Numbered from the stretch's first letter, positions 1 to 8,867 are shown. The stretch: DNA of 64,000 nt from an uncultured Candidatus Saccharibacteria bacterium (GCA_964629675.1 CAZVUG010000005.1:5806-69805), one strand, 5' to 3'. Translations and numbers: made by a program. Notes: generated from the sequence alone by a model not told the origin.

Positions 1-165
1 GCTTTGTTATTCTCCGTAATCTTGGCGCTTCTCTATGCTGTCTCTGATGAATTCCACCAAACTTTTATTCTCGGTCGCCACGGGACAATTACTGATATTT
101 TCATAGACAGCATTGGCATCTTTTTAGCTTCTGTCTGGTTTTTTATTTATAGAATTAAAAAATAG
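1..165 (+). CDS. VanZ-family membrane protein, 3' part (runs off the left edge)
   Basis: Frame +1 reads ALLFSVILALLYAVSDEFHQTFILGRHGTITDIFIDSIG...IKK* (TAG 163-165); SDEfHQxFxxGR is the VanZ signature. Not in the ORF track. Confidence 0.8.
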   Translation, partial: ALLFSVILALLYAVSDEFHQTFILGRHGTITDIFIDSIGIFLASVWFFIYRIKK

Positions 166-180
166 GCCGATGGCCTATTT
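160..180. terminator. Bidirectional intrinsic terminator
   Basis: AAATAGGCC-GAT-GGCCTATTT perfect hairpin between convergent genes. Confidence 0.75.
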
Positions 181-181
181 C

Positions 182-904
182 TTATCTCTCTTGCCAGAGC
201 TGTTTGAAAAAAGTCCGCAGTAATTTTAAAACAATTTTGTTCTCAATTAATAATCCCTTAACCGGAGAGAGGAGAATAACAGTTTTGTCGGAAAGAATAA
301 CAATTCCTTTAAATAATTCTTCATTAATTATTTTCCTTTTAAGATAAGGAAGGGTTAATTTCTGACTTGTGTTGGCAATTTCTTTAATAATAACTTTACC
401 TAATCTCTTTTTGATCTTTTGGTAAATAGCTTCTCTTTCCGAAGCTGGCCAGATTTTATTGTCAGTGATGAAGATATAGATCTGTTTGGCAGAAGTAGTT
501 GAAAATTCGTCTAATAAAGTTTCAATGCCGTTTTTTTCTTGAAAAAATCTAATTTCTTTTTCGCTTTTTAAGTAATATTTAGCTCTTAAAGCAGCAATAA
601 TCCTGATAAACTCTCTTTCTTTCTCTTGGATTTCTTTCTGCTGCCGGCGTAAAATTCCTAAGAGCTTGTCCGGGGATTCGGCAGTAAAATAATGGTGGCC
701 TTTTTCTTTAGACTCAATAATTAATTCTTTGTCCTTTAATTTCTTAACTACCTCATAAGCAGTTGGTCGGCTAATGCCGGCTTTCTGGGCAATTTTTTGC
801 ATAGAAGTATATCCTAACTCTAAAGCAGCGAAATAAACTCGCGCTTCTTTATCTGATAATCCTAATTTTCTTAATTCTAATGGTAAAATTTCTTCTTGTT
901 CCAT
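182..904 (-). CDS. TrmB-family winged-HTH transcriptional regulator
   Basis: N-terminal LGLSDKEARVYFAALELG...IAQKAGISRPTAYEVVKKL HTH followed by a putative effector domain. Confidence 0.85.
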   Translation of the reverse strand: MEQEEILPLELRKLGLSDKEARVYFAALELGYTSMQKIAQKAGISRPTAYEVVKKLKDKELIIESKEKGHHYFTAESPDKLLGILRRQQKEIQEKEREFIRIIAALRAKYYLKSEKEIRFFQEKNGIETLLDEFSTTSAKQIYIFITDNKIWPASEREAIYQKIKKRLGKVIIKEIANTSQKLTLPYLKRKIINEELFKGIVILSDKTVILLSPVKGLLIENKIVLKLLRTFFKQLWQER

Positions 905-910
905 GACTGC

Positions 911-945
911 ATTATACTGTCTTTTCTCGAAAAAGTAAACTTTTT
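911..945 (-). promoter_or_regulatory. Sigma70 promoter of the TrmB-like gene (predicted leaderless) with overlapping palindrome
   Basis: Minus strand TTTACT(939-934)-17bp-TATAAT(916-911); start codon 7 nt after the -10; AAAAAGT-AA-ACTTTTT at 930-945. Confidence 0.6.
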
Positions 946-1003
946 AGATTGGATTTTTTTAATATTTGTTTTATGATATAGATATATTAATTTAAAAATA
1001 ATT

Positions 1004-2341
1004 ATGGATAAAAAAAATAAAACAATTAAGCCGGAATTATTAGGCGGCTTTCGTGATTTCTTGCCGGAAATAATGATTCCCCGAGAAGCGGTTATTGATA
1101 AAATCAAAAAAACGATGGGAAAGTTTGGCTTTTTGCCTTTGGATACTCCCTCTTTGGAAAGATCGGCTGTTTTAGGCACGGATAAAGACGAGTTTAAAAT
1201 GGAGGTTTATCGATTCAAGGATAATTTAGGCGAAGAAGGCCAAGATGTAACTTTGAGATTTGATTTAACAATTCCTCTCTCAAGAGTTATTGCCGCTAAT
1301 CCGGAATTAATTAAGCCGTTCAAAAGATATCAGTATGGCAAAGTTTTTCGCAAGGAAAAATCACAATCAGGCAGATATCGGGAATTTGCTCAAATTGATG
1401 CAGATATAGTTGGCAGCAATTCTGTTATGGCTGATATTGAGATTTTACAATTGATGTATCAGGTTATGAAAAATCTGGATATTGAGAATTTTGTTATTAG
1501 ATTTAATAACAGAAAAATTCTTAATGGCCTTCCGGAAAAAACTGGTTTTGATCCGCAAAAAGCAGAAAATGTTTTTAGGATATTAGATAAATTAGATAAA
1601 ATTGGTTTGGCAAAAGTAATTAAAGAGCTGCAAAGCGATTCTGAAGTAAGCTTGTCAGAAGAAAGCGTATCTAAAATACAAAAATTTCTTTCGTTAACCG
1701 GCAAAATTGATGAACTGAAAGAATTTTTTCAAGATATTTCTATTGCCCAAGAGGGAATTAAAGAATGCGAAGAAATTATAGAGGCCTTAACTAAATTGAA
1801 AATTCCAGAAAAGAATTGGCAATTTGATCTTTCTATTGCCAGGGGCTTAGGCTATTACACTGGTCCTGTTTTTGAAACAACTCTGACTGATATTCCAGAG
1901 ATAGGCTCGGTTTTTTCTGGAGGAAGATTTGATAATTTAATGATGAGATTTACTGGCGAGAAAATTCCAGCTACTGGAGCTTCTGTCGGTTTGGACCGTT
2001 TAATAGCAGCTTTAGAAAAATTAGGTAAATTACCGCAGAAAAAATATACAGCTAAGGTTTTTATTGCTAGAATTCAGAAAAAATTTGATGATGATTTATT
2101 GGCTTTAGCCAATGATTTAAGAGAAGCGGATGTTCCCACGGAAATTTTCTTGGGCAATTCGGAAGCTCCACTCAAAGAGCAGATTATTTATGTGGCTAAA
2201 AGAGAAATTCCTTATCTAGTTATTTTTGGCGAAGATGAAGCTAAGACAAATAAATTCAAGCTTAAAGATATGAATCAGCGAAAAGAAGAGCTATTAACAA
2301 GAGAAGAACTTATTGCTAGACTGTCTCAAGCTGAAATTTAA
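1004..2341 (+). CDS. hisS: Histidine--tRNA ligase
   Basis: GFRDFLP, LRFDLT, GRYREFAQ, ARGLGYYTG, GGRFD motifs. Confidence 0.97.
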   Translation: MDKKNKTIKPELLGGFRDFLPEIMIPREAVIDKIKKTMGKFGFLPLDTPSLERSAVLGTDKDEFKMEVYRFKDNLGEEGQDVTLRFDLTIPLSRVIAANPELIKPFKRYQYGKVFRKEKSQSGRYREFAQIDADIVGSNSVMADIEILQLMYQVMKNLDIENFVIRFNNRKILNGLPEKTGFDPQKAENVFRILDKLDKIGLAKVIKELQSDSEVSLSEESVSKIQKFLSLTGKIDELKEFFQDISIAQEGIKECEEIIEALTKLKIPEKNWQFDLSIARGLGYYTGPVFETTLTDIPEIGSVFSGGRFDNLMMRFTGEKIPATGASVGLDRLIAALEKLGKLPQKKYTAKVFIARIQKKFDDDLLALANDLREADVPTEIFLGNSEAPLKEQIIYVAKREIPYLVIFGEDEAKTNKFKLKDMNQRKEELLTREELIARLSQAEI

Positions 2342-2381
2342 TACTTGTTTTTTATTTGTAATCGGTGTATAATTATTATAT

Positions 2382-2456
2382 GGTGCTCGTAGCTCAATTG
2401 GACAGAGCTCCAGATTGTGGCTCTGGTGGCTGCCGGTTCGAGTCCGGTCGAGCACC
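2382..2456 (+). tRNA. tRNA-His (GTG), G-1 encoded, CCA not encoded
   Basis: G-GTGCTCG/CGAGCAC-C acceptor stem, CCAGA-TTGTGGC-TCTGG anticodon arm, GGTTCGAGTCC T-arm. Confidence 0.95.
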
Positions 2457-2470
2457 CTTTTTTATTTAAG

Positions 2471-2977
2471 ATGAAACTTAAGCGGGATTTTTATTTAAGG
2501 CCAACTTTAAAAGTTGCCCAAGATCTAATTGGTAAATTTTTAATCCATCGTTATCGAGGTAAAATTTATCAAGGGGAAATTATTGAAACAGAAGCATATG
2601 CTGGTTTTAAAGATATGGCTAGTCATGGTGCTCGAGGAATAACTGAAAGAAACAAGATTATGTTTCAACAAGGAGGTATTGCTTACGTTTATTTAATTTA
2701 CGGTATTTATAACTGTCTTAATCTAGTCACTGAAAAAGAAGGCTATCCAGCAGCAGTTTTAATCAGGGGAATAGATTATCCTAAAGCTGATGGCCCAGGC
2801 AAATTATGCCGCGAATTTAAAATTACCAAAAAAAAACATAACGGCCTAGATTTAACTGGTAACGTCTTGTGGGTGGAAGATAAAGGATTTAAGCCAAAAA
2901 TCTACAAAGATAAAAGAGTCGGTATCGACTATGCTGGGGAATGCGCTAATTGGCTTTGGCGTTTCAAGAAGAAATAA
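2471..2977 (+). CDS. mpg: DNA-3-methyladenine glycosylase (MPG/AAG family)
   Basis: IIETEAY, AYVYLIYG, AAVLIR, GPGKLC, RVGI motifs; start moved to ATG 2471 because the ORF-track start lies inside tRNA-His. Confidence 0.92.
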   Translation: MKLKRDFYLRPTLKVAQDLIGKFLIHRYRGKIYQGEIIETEAYAGFKDMASHGARGITERNKIMFQQGGIAYVYLIYGIYNCLNLVTEKEGYPAAVLIRGIDYPKADGPGKLCREFKITKKKHNGLDLTGNVLWVEDKGFKPKIYKDKRVGIDYAGECANWLWRFKKK

Positions 2978-2983
2978 AAGATA

Positions 2984-3004
2984 TTTGTCAGATATTACTT
3001 TACA
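2984..3004. promoter_or_regulatory. Putative operator copy 1 (TGTCA-N9-TTACA)
   Basis: TTTGTCAGATATTACTTTACA, 18/21 identical to 3071-3091. Confidence 0.6.
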
Positions 3005-3059
3005 TTAACTATATCTAAGAAACCACTTTAATAAGCGGTTTTTTTAATATATTTTTGCT

Positions 3060-3068
3060 TGTGGATAA
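3060..3068 (-). promoter_or_regulatory. Single consensus DnaA box
   Basis: TGTGGATAA = TTATCCACA on the minus strand. Confidence 0.4.
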
Positions 3069-3070
3069 AT

Positions 3071-3114
3071 TTTGTCAGAAAGTACTTGACAGAGTTATAG
3101 AGAAAGAATAAGAT
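3071..3114 (+). promoter_or_regulatory. Sigma70 promoter overlapped by operator copy 2 (TGTCA-N9-TGACA)
   Basis: TTGACA(3086-3091)-17bp-TAAGAT(3109-3114); inverted repeat 3073-3091 covers the -35. Confidence 0.7.
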
Positions 3115-3139
3115 AATACAAACTATTAAGAAAATAGAT

Positions 3140-3241
3140 ATGAATGAAATTCTTTTGATAATAACTATAGTATCTATTCCAGTTTTTTTAACTCTGGCAA
3201 TTTGGCTAGTAGGAAAATATTATCAAAAGAATAAAAAATAG
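3140..3241 (+). CDS. Small 33-aa single-pass membrane peptide (unannotated)
   Basis: MNEILLIITIVSIPVFLTLAIWLVGKYYQKNKK*; hydrophobic span plus basic tail, first ORF after the promoter. Confidence 0.55.
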   Translation: MNEILLIITIVSIPVFLTLAIWLVGKYYQKNKK

Positions 3242-3271
3242 TTATTTAAAAATTTAAAAAAGGAGGGAGTT

Positions 3272-4453
3272 ATGTTAATTTTGCAAACTTTATTGGCGGC
3301 AACTTGGAGATGTTTGGTTGCTTTATTTGATTGGCGGACTTTGTTAAGGAAGTTAAAGGGTCAGCCTGTAGTAGATGTAGTTTTTATCTCAAATATGAGA
3401 GACAGAACTGACCGAAAGCGTTTTTTAGGATTGTGGAGACCAAAATGCGGTCATTTTAATGGTCCTCGCTATTGGCTTAACGGAATAGTTGGGCGAACCA
3501 GAGCACTAGACGTTGTAACGGAAGATCTTAACAGCGAAGAAGGGCGGAAAAAGGCAAAGAAGTATTTTATTAGTGCGACATTCTGGGCTAAAAGAAATGG
3601 TGCTAAGGTGATACTTTTGGCGGCTAGTACCAAAAGAATTTTTGGTGAAGATGCTGCAGAGCTTAAAGAGCTTTTCCCAGAATTAACTTTTACCATCGGT
3701 GATAACGGAACTTTCCTCCTCTTGAGAGAAGAAACTCTTCGGGCGATTAAAAATGCTAAACTAAAACCGCCTTGCCGAATAGCCATTTTAGGGCCCTACG
3801 GTTTTCTGGGCGAAATGATGGTCAAAACTCTTAGTCAGATGGGCTATAATATGATCGGAGCTGGCCCTAATACTTCTGCATTGAAGAGGGTAGCTGAGAA
3901 TTATAAAATTGAAACTTGTCAAAATTTTGCCGAAATGGGAAAAGTTGATGCAATCGTAGCTTGCACCCACAGCGAGAAAATTAGGCTGAACAATGAGAGC
4001 ATAGAGCTGATCAGAAAACCAAATAAAAAATTGTTAGTCGTTGATGTTTCTGAGCCGGCTAATCTCCGCTATAAAGAATTCCAAAAATGCCGCAACGTTG
4101 TCATAAGACAAGATGCCGGTAACGCTTATTCTGAACATCTGAAGTATGTTTTAGGTGCAATTTCATACAAGATGTTTAGATTAACTAAGGGCGTAACGTT
4201 TGGCTGTTTTGCCGAAGCTTTGGCAATTAGGAGAAGTAATAAAAAAATAGATTGGCTAATAGTGAATGAATCAAACATGAAAATTATTAGCAATTTGTTT
4301 ACAAGGGAAGAAATTATTCCTCCTTCTCCAAGGTGTTTTGGCAAAAAAATTAATTCTTTTAATCTGAGCTTAAAAACTCAGATTAAAGATAAGAAATCGC
4401 AATTAACAAATTTAAAAATAGCGTTCGACAAAATAATGAACGTTATATTTTGA
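3272..4453 (+). CDS. Acyl-ACP reductase-like / COG5322-type NAD(P)-dependent oxidoreductase
   Basis: GAKVILLAASTK, TIGDNGT, Rossmann IAILGPYGFLG, VVDVSEP, GCFAEAL resemble the cyanobacterial AAR family; AGGAGG SD. Confidence 0.65.
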   Translation: MLILQTLLAATWRCLVALFDWRTLLRKLKGQPVVDVVFISNMRDRTDRKRFLGLWRPKCGHFNGPRYWLNGIVGRTRALDVVTEDLNSEEGRKKAKKYFISATFWAKRNGAKVILLAASTKRIFGEDAAELKELFPELTFTIGDNGTFLLLREETLRAIKNAKLKPPCRIAILGPYGFLGEMMVKTLSQMGYNMIGAGPNTSALKRVAENYKIETCQNFAEMGKVDAIVACTHSEKIRLNNESIELIRKPNKKLLVVDVSEPANLRYKEFQKCRNVVIRQDAGNAYSEHLKYVLGAISYKMFRLTKGVTFGCFAEALAIRRSNKKIDWLIVNESNMKIISNLFTREEIIPPSPRCFGKKINSFNLSLKTQIKDKKSQLTNLKIAFDKIMNVIF

Positions 4454-4492
4454 AAAAGAGGGTATTTCTAAAATTAAGAAATACCCTTTTTA
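4454..4492 (+). terminator. Intrinsic terminator after the reductase
   Basis: AAAAAGAGGGTATTTCT-loop-AGAAATACCCTTTTT. Confidence 0.75.
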
Positions 4493-4534
4493 TTTACATA
4501 ATGCCGACAAAAGTTTAAAATATAAGAAAGTATT

Positions 4535-6766
4535 ATGTCTATTTCTACTTTATCATTTTTGCCTTTAATTAGTGCGGTATTTGTACTTTCTTTAGGAATC
4601 TTTGTTTTCCTAAAAAATAAAAAATCAAAACTAAATATTATTTTTTTTCTGCTTAGCATATCTTTTATTGTCTGGTTTTTCAGTACATTTATGATGTTTA
4701 TTTCCCAGACAGATAAGCAGGCTGTTTTTTGGGATAGAACGGTATATCTAGGAGTAATTTTTATTCCTATTTTGATGTATCATTTCAGTCTAGTATTTTC
4801 GAAAGCAAAAAATAATAAAAAACTTTATTTAGGATATTTATTAACATTTATTTTTGTTATTTTAAGTAGAACAGATTATTTTGTCGCTGGTTTATTTAAA
4901 TACGAATGGGGAGTGCATACAAAGGCAATGTTGTTGCATCATTTTTTCCTTATTTATTTCTCTACTTATCTCTTTTTCTTCTATTATAATATTTATAAAC
5001 ATTACCGAAAAACTAAAATAGGTATTGAACGTAATCAGGCAAAGTATATTTTTATCGCTTTCTTGGTATTGCTTTCTGGTTCTCTTGCTTATCTTCCTGC
5101 TTATGGAGTTGGAATTTATCCTTTTGCTTATTTATCGGGAATGGTATTTGTTGTTATTCTTGCTTATGCTATCTTAAAATATCGCCTAATGGATATCAGG
5201 ATAGTAGCAAAAAAGAGTACTGTTTTTACAACTCTTGTAATGATAATTACAGCTGCATATGTTTTGGCAGCTTTCTTGTTAAGTTGGGTAATATTTGGCG
5301 GCATCTATACTTTTAAATCACAAATTATTACTGGCTTGATTGTTGCTATCTTAGTAGCCTTAGGCTTTCGTCCTTTCTATAATTGGCTGAAAAAAATAAC
5401 TGACACATTCCTCTTTAAGGGGGAATATCGTCCGGCGGAATTAGTTGCTGATATTTCTGATATTCTTTCTCGAACTTTAAGTTTAAGAAAAATAATTGAA
5501 ATCTTAAAAGAAAAAATTAGCAATTCTCTCAGGCTAGAAAAAGTAGAAATACTAGTTTTAGGCGAAAAAAATATCAAGCTAAAAATTGGGAAAGAATCTC
5601 TGCAAAAAATTATTGATTATTTTAAAAAAGAAAGAGAAATTTTAATTCTCGAAGAGCTTAAGAGAAAGAAAGCTGAGAAAATATCATTTGTTGGCACAAT
5701 TCCTCCGATTAAACAATTAGAAAAAAATAAAATAGGATTAGTCGCCCCTCTCTTTATTAAGAATAAATTGGTTGGCATTTTCCTTCTTGGACCAAAAAAA
5801 TCAGGAGATATGTTTACTCCGGAAGATATCCAGACTTTAGAAATAATCAGTTCTCAAGCAGGCATTTCTATAGAAAACGCTCGCCTTTATCAAAAACAGA
5901 AAAATTTCTCGCAAACTCTGCAAAGGGAAGTAGATCGCCAGACTAAAAAATTAAGAGAAGCTTACGAAGAATTGAAAAAATTAGATAAAGCCAAAACTGA
6001 ATTTATTTCAATGGCTTCCCATCAATTAAGAACGCCAGTTTCAATCATGAAAGGCATAGCCTCCATGCTGATAGAGGGTGATTTAGAAAAGCTTCCCGAA
6101 CAAAAAAAGAATAATCTAATTCAAGGCTTATGGCGAAAAAGCTGCAAATTAGAAGAAGTTATTGATGATATTCTTAACGCAACAGAAATGACCAGTACTA
6201 CTTATCGAGTACAACAAGAAAAAGCAGAAAAGATTAATGTTGAAGAAATTATTAGAAAAATAATAGATGATTTTCAATCTATAATTAAAGAAAAGAACAT
6301 TGATTTAGTTCTAAAGAAACCTTCAATGGCTATTCCCAGAATTTACGGCCAAAAAGATTATTTGCAGGAAGCTTTAAGCAACTTGATAGACAATGCCATC
6401 AAGTATACTCCTTCGCTCCAGCAGAGAAAGGATATGGAAAACATTAAAATTAAAAAGGGGAAAATAGAAGTTTCTCTTGCCGGAAAAGAAGATAAAATAA
6501 TCGTTTCCATAAAAGATAATGGCATTGGCATTCCTCAAAAAGAGTTGCCTAAATTATTCCAGAGATTTTCTCGAGCCAATAATGCCAGGGATATGTATAC
6601 CGACGGTTCTGGCTTAGGGCTTTTTATTGTTAAAGAAATTGTTGAAGGGCATAACGGCAAAGCTTGGGTAGAGAGTAAGCTTGGTGAGGGAGCGACTTTC
6701 TTTGTCAGCTTGCCCCTTAATCTTTTTAAGGTAATAGATGTTAAAAAACACATTATCGAGAAATAA
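4535..6766 (+). CDS. Membrane sensor histidine kinase (N-terminal multi-TM HisKA_7TM-like, GAF, HisKA, HATPase)
   Basis: About 8-9 hydrophobic helices; GPKKSGDMFTPEDIQTL/ENARLY GAF; SHQLRTP H-box; NLIDNAIKYT, DNGIGI, GSGLGL; own promoter TTTACA(4493)-17-TAAAAT(4516). Confidence 0.93.
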   Translation: MSISTLSFLPLISAVFVLSLGIFVFLKNKKSKLNIIFFLLSISFIVWFFSTFMMFISQTDKQAVFWDRTVYLGVIFIPILMYHFSLVFSKAKNNKKLYLGYLLTFIFVILSRTDYFVAGLFKYEWGVHTKAMLLHHFFLIYFSTYLFFFYYNIYKHYRKTKIGIERNQAKYIFIAFLVLLSGSLAYLPAYGVGIYPFAYLSGMVFVVILAYAILKYRLMDIRIVAKKSTVFTTLVMIITAAYVLAAFLLSWVIFGGIYTFKSQIITGLIVAILVALGFRPFYNWLKKITDTFLFKGEYRPAELVADISDILSRTLSLRKIIEILKEKISNSLRLEKVEILVLGEKNIKLKIGKESLQKIIDYFKKEREILILEELKRKKAEKISFVGTIPPIKQLEKNKIGLVAPLFIKNKLVGIFLLGPKKSGDMFTPEDIQTLEIISSQAGISIENARLYQKQKNFSQTLQREVDRQTKKLREAYEELKKLDKAKTEFISMASHQLRTPVSIMKGIASMLIEGDLEKLPEQKKNNLIQGLWRKSCKLEEVIDDILNATEMTSTTYRVQQEKAEKINVEEIIRKIIDDFQSIIKEKNIDLVLKKPSMAIPRIYGQKDYLQEALSNLIDNAIKYTPSLQQRKDMENIKIKKGKIEVSLAGKEDKIIVSIKDNGIGIPQKELPKLFQRFSRANNARDMYTDGSGLGLFIVKEIVEGHNGKAWVESKLGEGATFFVSLPLNLFKVIDVKKHIIEK

Positions 6767-6825
6767 AGAGTGGTGAATTATAAGATTTTGTAGTAATATT
6801 AATATTATTAATAGTAATTAAATAC

Positions 6826-7221
6826 ATGGAAACTAAAGGAAAAAATATAAAGAATAATAAAATACTTTTTATTGAAGATGACGCAGACCAAATCATGATT
6901 TACAAAAACAAATTTTCTTTGGAAGGTTTAGAATTAATTAGTGTTGAAGATAACAAAAATATTATAGAAACAGCTGATAAAGAAAAGCCTAGCTTAATTC
7001 TCCTAGACTTACTTTTAGGCAACGAGGATGGATTGGATATCCTAAAAAAATTAAAAGAAGAAGCGGCAACTAAAAATATACCGGTGATTACTTTTACTAA
7101 TTTTGATACTCCGGAAACGAGAAATAAATCAGTGCAATTAGGAGCTATTGATTATATTGTTAAAGCGCAAATTACCCCTAGTCAAATGGTTGAAAAAGTA
7201 AAAAGAATTTTAGAGAAGTAA
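6826..7221 (+). CDS. Single-domain response regulator (receiver only)
   Basis: ILFIEDD, LLDLLL phospho-Asp, DG, FTN, GAIDYIVK. Confidence 0.92.
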   Translation: METKGKNIKNNKILFIEDDADQIMIYKNKFSLEGLELISVEDNKNIIETADKEKPSLILLDLLLGNEDGLDILKKLKEEAATKNIPVITFTNFDTPETRNKSVQLGAIDYIVKAQITPSQMVEKVKRILEK

Positions 7222-8292
7222 ATGTTAAACCTTTCTCCTCATTCAGTTCTCGGGATAGACATCAGCGACCTTTCGATTAAAATCATTCAACTTGATAAAA
7301 AGAAAGGTAATTTAAGGTTGGTTAGCTTTTTGAAAGAAAAAATTCCGGCTGGCATAGTTGATGATGGAGTAATTGTTGATGAAGATAAGCTAGCTGAAGC
7401 ATTAAAAAGATCGTTCAAAAATATAAAAGGCGAATCATTATTAAATAAGGAAGCTATCTGCAATTTACCGGAAGAAAAAGTTTTTATTCGGATTATCCAA
7501 TTGCCTAAAATGAAAAAGGAAGAAATAGAACAGGCAGTTAGATTTGAAACGGAAGCGCATATCCCCTTAAGCATTAATGAAGTTTATTTAAGCTGGGAAG
7601 CTATTAATTCAACTAATGATCAGTCAAAAACGAATGTTTTAATTGCTGTTGCGCAGCACAAGTTAATAGATAGCTACGTTAGGGTTTTTAAAAAAAGCGG
7701 TTTGCGCTTAATTGCTTTAGAGCCAGAATCATTAGGAGTAATCAGAAGCTTAGTTAAATCGAATGATCTCAAGCCAACCATTATTTTAGATCTGGGTGCT
7801 ACGGGAACTAATTTTGTTATTTTTTCTGGCGGAGCAATCCGTTTTACTTCGCAGGTATCTATTTCTGGCCAAGACTTTAATAAGGCTATCATGAAAGATC
7901 TAAAAGTAGACCAAAAAGAAGCAGACAAGTTAAAAATTAAAGTTGGTTTAGATAGCAGCAAAAAAGAAGTCTATAAATCTCTAGAACCAATTGTTAATAA
8001 GCTGGCAATTCATGTCCAAGAGTATATTAATTTTTACCATCAGCATAGTGATTCTAGCGTTGAAAAAGATAAACAAATTAACCAAGTTTTGCTTTGCGGC
8101 GGAGATTCTCTCTTGATTAATTTGCCGTCTTTTATGGAAAGTAAATTGGGTATTCCAGTTAAATTAGGTGATCCTTTAATTAATCTTTCTTGCTCGCCGA
8201 AAGACCTTTCAGCAGTTAAAAAAGAAAGTTTTTCTAAAAAAAGAGCTTTAGTTTACGCAACAGCTATTGGTTTGGCTCTAAGGAATTTTTAA
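7222..8292 (+). CDS. pilM: Type IV pilus assembly protein PilM
   Basis: GIDISDLSIK, LDLGA, LCGG, AIGLALR actin-like PilM motifs. Confidence 0.92.
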   Translation: MLNLSPHSVLGIDISDLSIKIIQLDKKKGNLRLVSFLKEKIPAGIVDDGVIVDEDKLAEALKRSFKNIKGESLLNKEAICNLPEEKVFIRIIQLPKMKKEEIEQAVRFETEAHIPLSINEVYLSWEAINSTNDQSKTNVLIAVAQHKLIDSYVRVFKKSGLRLIALEPESLGVIRSLVKSNDLKPTIILDLGATGTNFVIFSGGAIRFTSQVSISGQDFNKAIMKDLKVDQKEADKLKIKVGLDSSKKEVYKSLEPIVNKLAIHVQEYINFYHQHSDSSVEKDKQINQVLLCGGDSLLINLPSFMESKLGIPVKLGDPLINLSCSPKDLSAVKKESFSKKRALVYATAIGLALRNF

Positions 8293-8296
8293 TAAT

Positions 8297-8857
8297 ATGA
8301 TTAGACTAAATCTTTTGCCTCCTCAAGAAAAAAAAGAGATAGAATTTTTACGTTTTTTCCGCTTGATAGCTTCTTTGGGAATTTGGCTAACTGTTATCCT
8401 TATTATTTTTAGCCTAATTTTAGTAAGCGCTTTTTTCTCATTAGATTTGCTTTTAGATTCTCAGCAAGAATTAATAGAAACTAGGAAGCAAGAAGAAAAA
8501 AATCAAAGCTTAGCTCAGATTGAAGAAAGAATTAATCAAGCTAATAGCAATATTAGTAAGATTTTTCTCAAACAGCAAGGAATAATTCTTTGGACATTAA
8601 TTCTTGAAGAATTGACCGAAATTATTCCGGAAGGTCTTTCACTTGATCTTCTTTCTTCAAGTAAAGAAAGTAGAAAAATTAAACTGAATGGCTTTTCTCC
8701 TGATAGGGATAAGCTTCTTGTTTTCGCAGAATCTTTGAAGCAAAGTTCTTATTTTCAAGACATAGAATCGCCTTTAAGCAATTTAATCAAGCAAAAAGAT
8801 ATAGATTTTACTCTTAATTTTTTGATTGCTTCGACTTCAGCAAAAATAAAAGATTGA
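8297..8857 (+). CDS. pilN: Type IV pilus assembly protein PilN
   Basis: N-terminal LNLLP motif, TM, coiled coil, IPEGLSL; follows pilM. Confidence 0.85.
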   Translation: MIRLNLLPPQEKKEIEFLRFFRLIASLGIWLTVILIIFSLILVSAFFSLDLLLDSQQELIETRKQEEKNQSLAQIEERINQANSNISKIFLKQQGIILWTLILEELTEIIPEGLSLDLLSSSKESRKIKLNGFSPDRDKLLVFAESLKQSSYFQDIESPLSNLIKQKDIDFTLNFLIASTSAKIKD

Positions 8858-8867
8858 ATATTTTAAA

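Noticed and set aside
877-1179. Short antisense and alternate-frame ORFs in the track (e.g. 877-1179, 1459-1704, 3469-3786, 19274-19651, 24953-25195, 33129-33470, 63738-63980)
   Set aside because: They overlap well-supported genes and show no recognisable motifs; shadow ORFs.
2417-2470. N-terminal extension of mpg in the ORF track
   Set aside because: Lies inside tRNA-His; ATG 2471 is the plausible start.
2978-3139. Replication origin
   Set aside because: Only one consensus DnaA box, and no dnaA/dnaN nearby.
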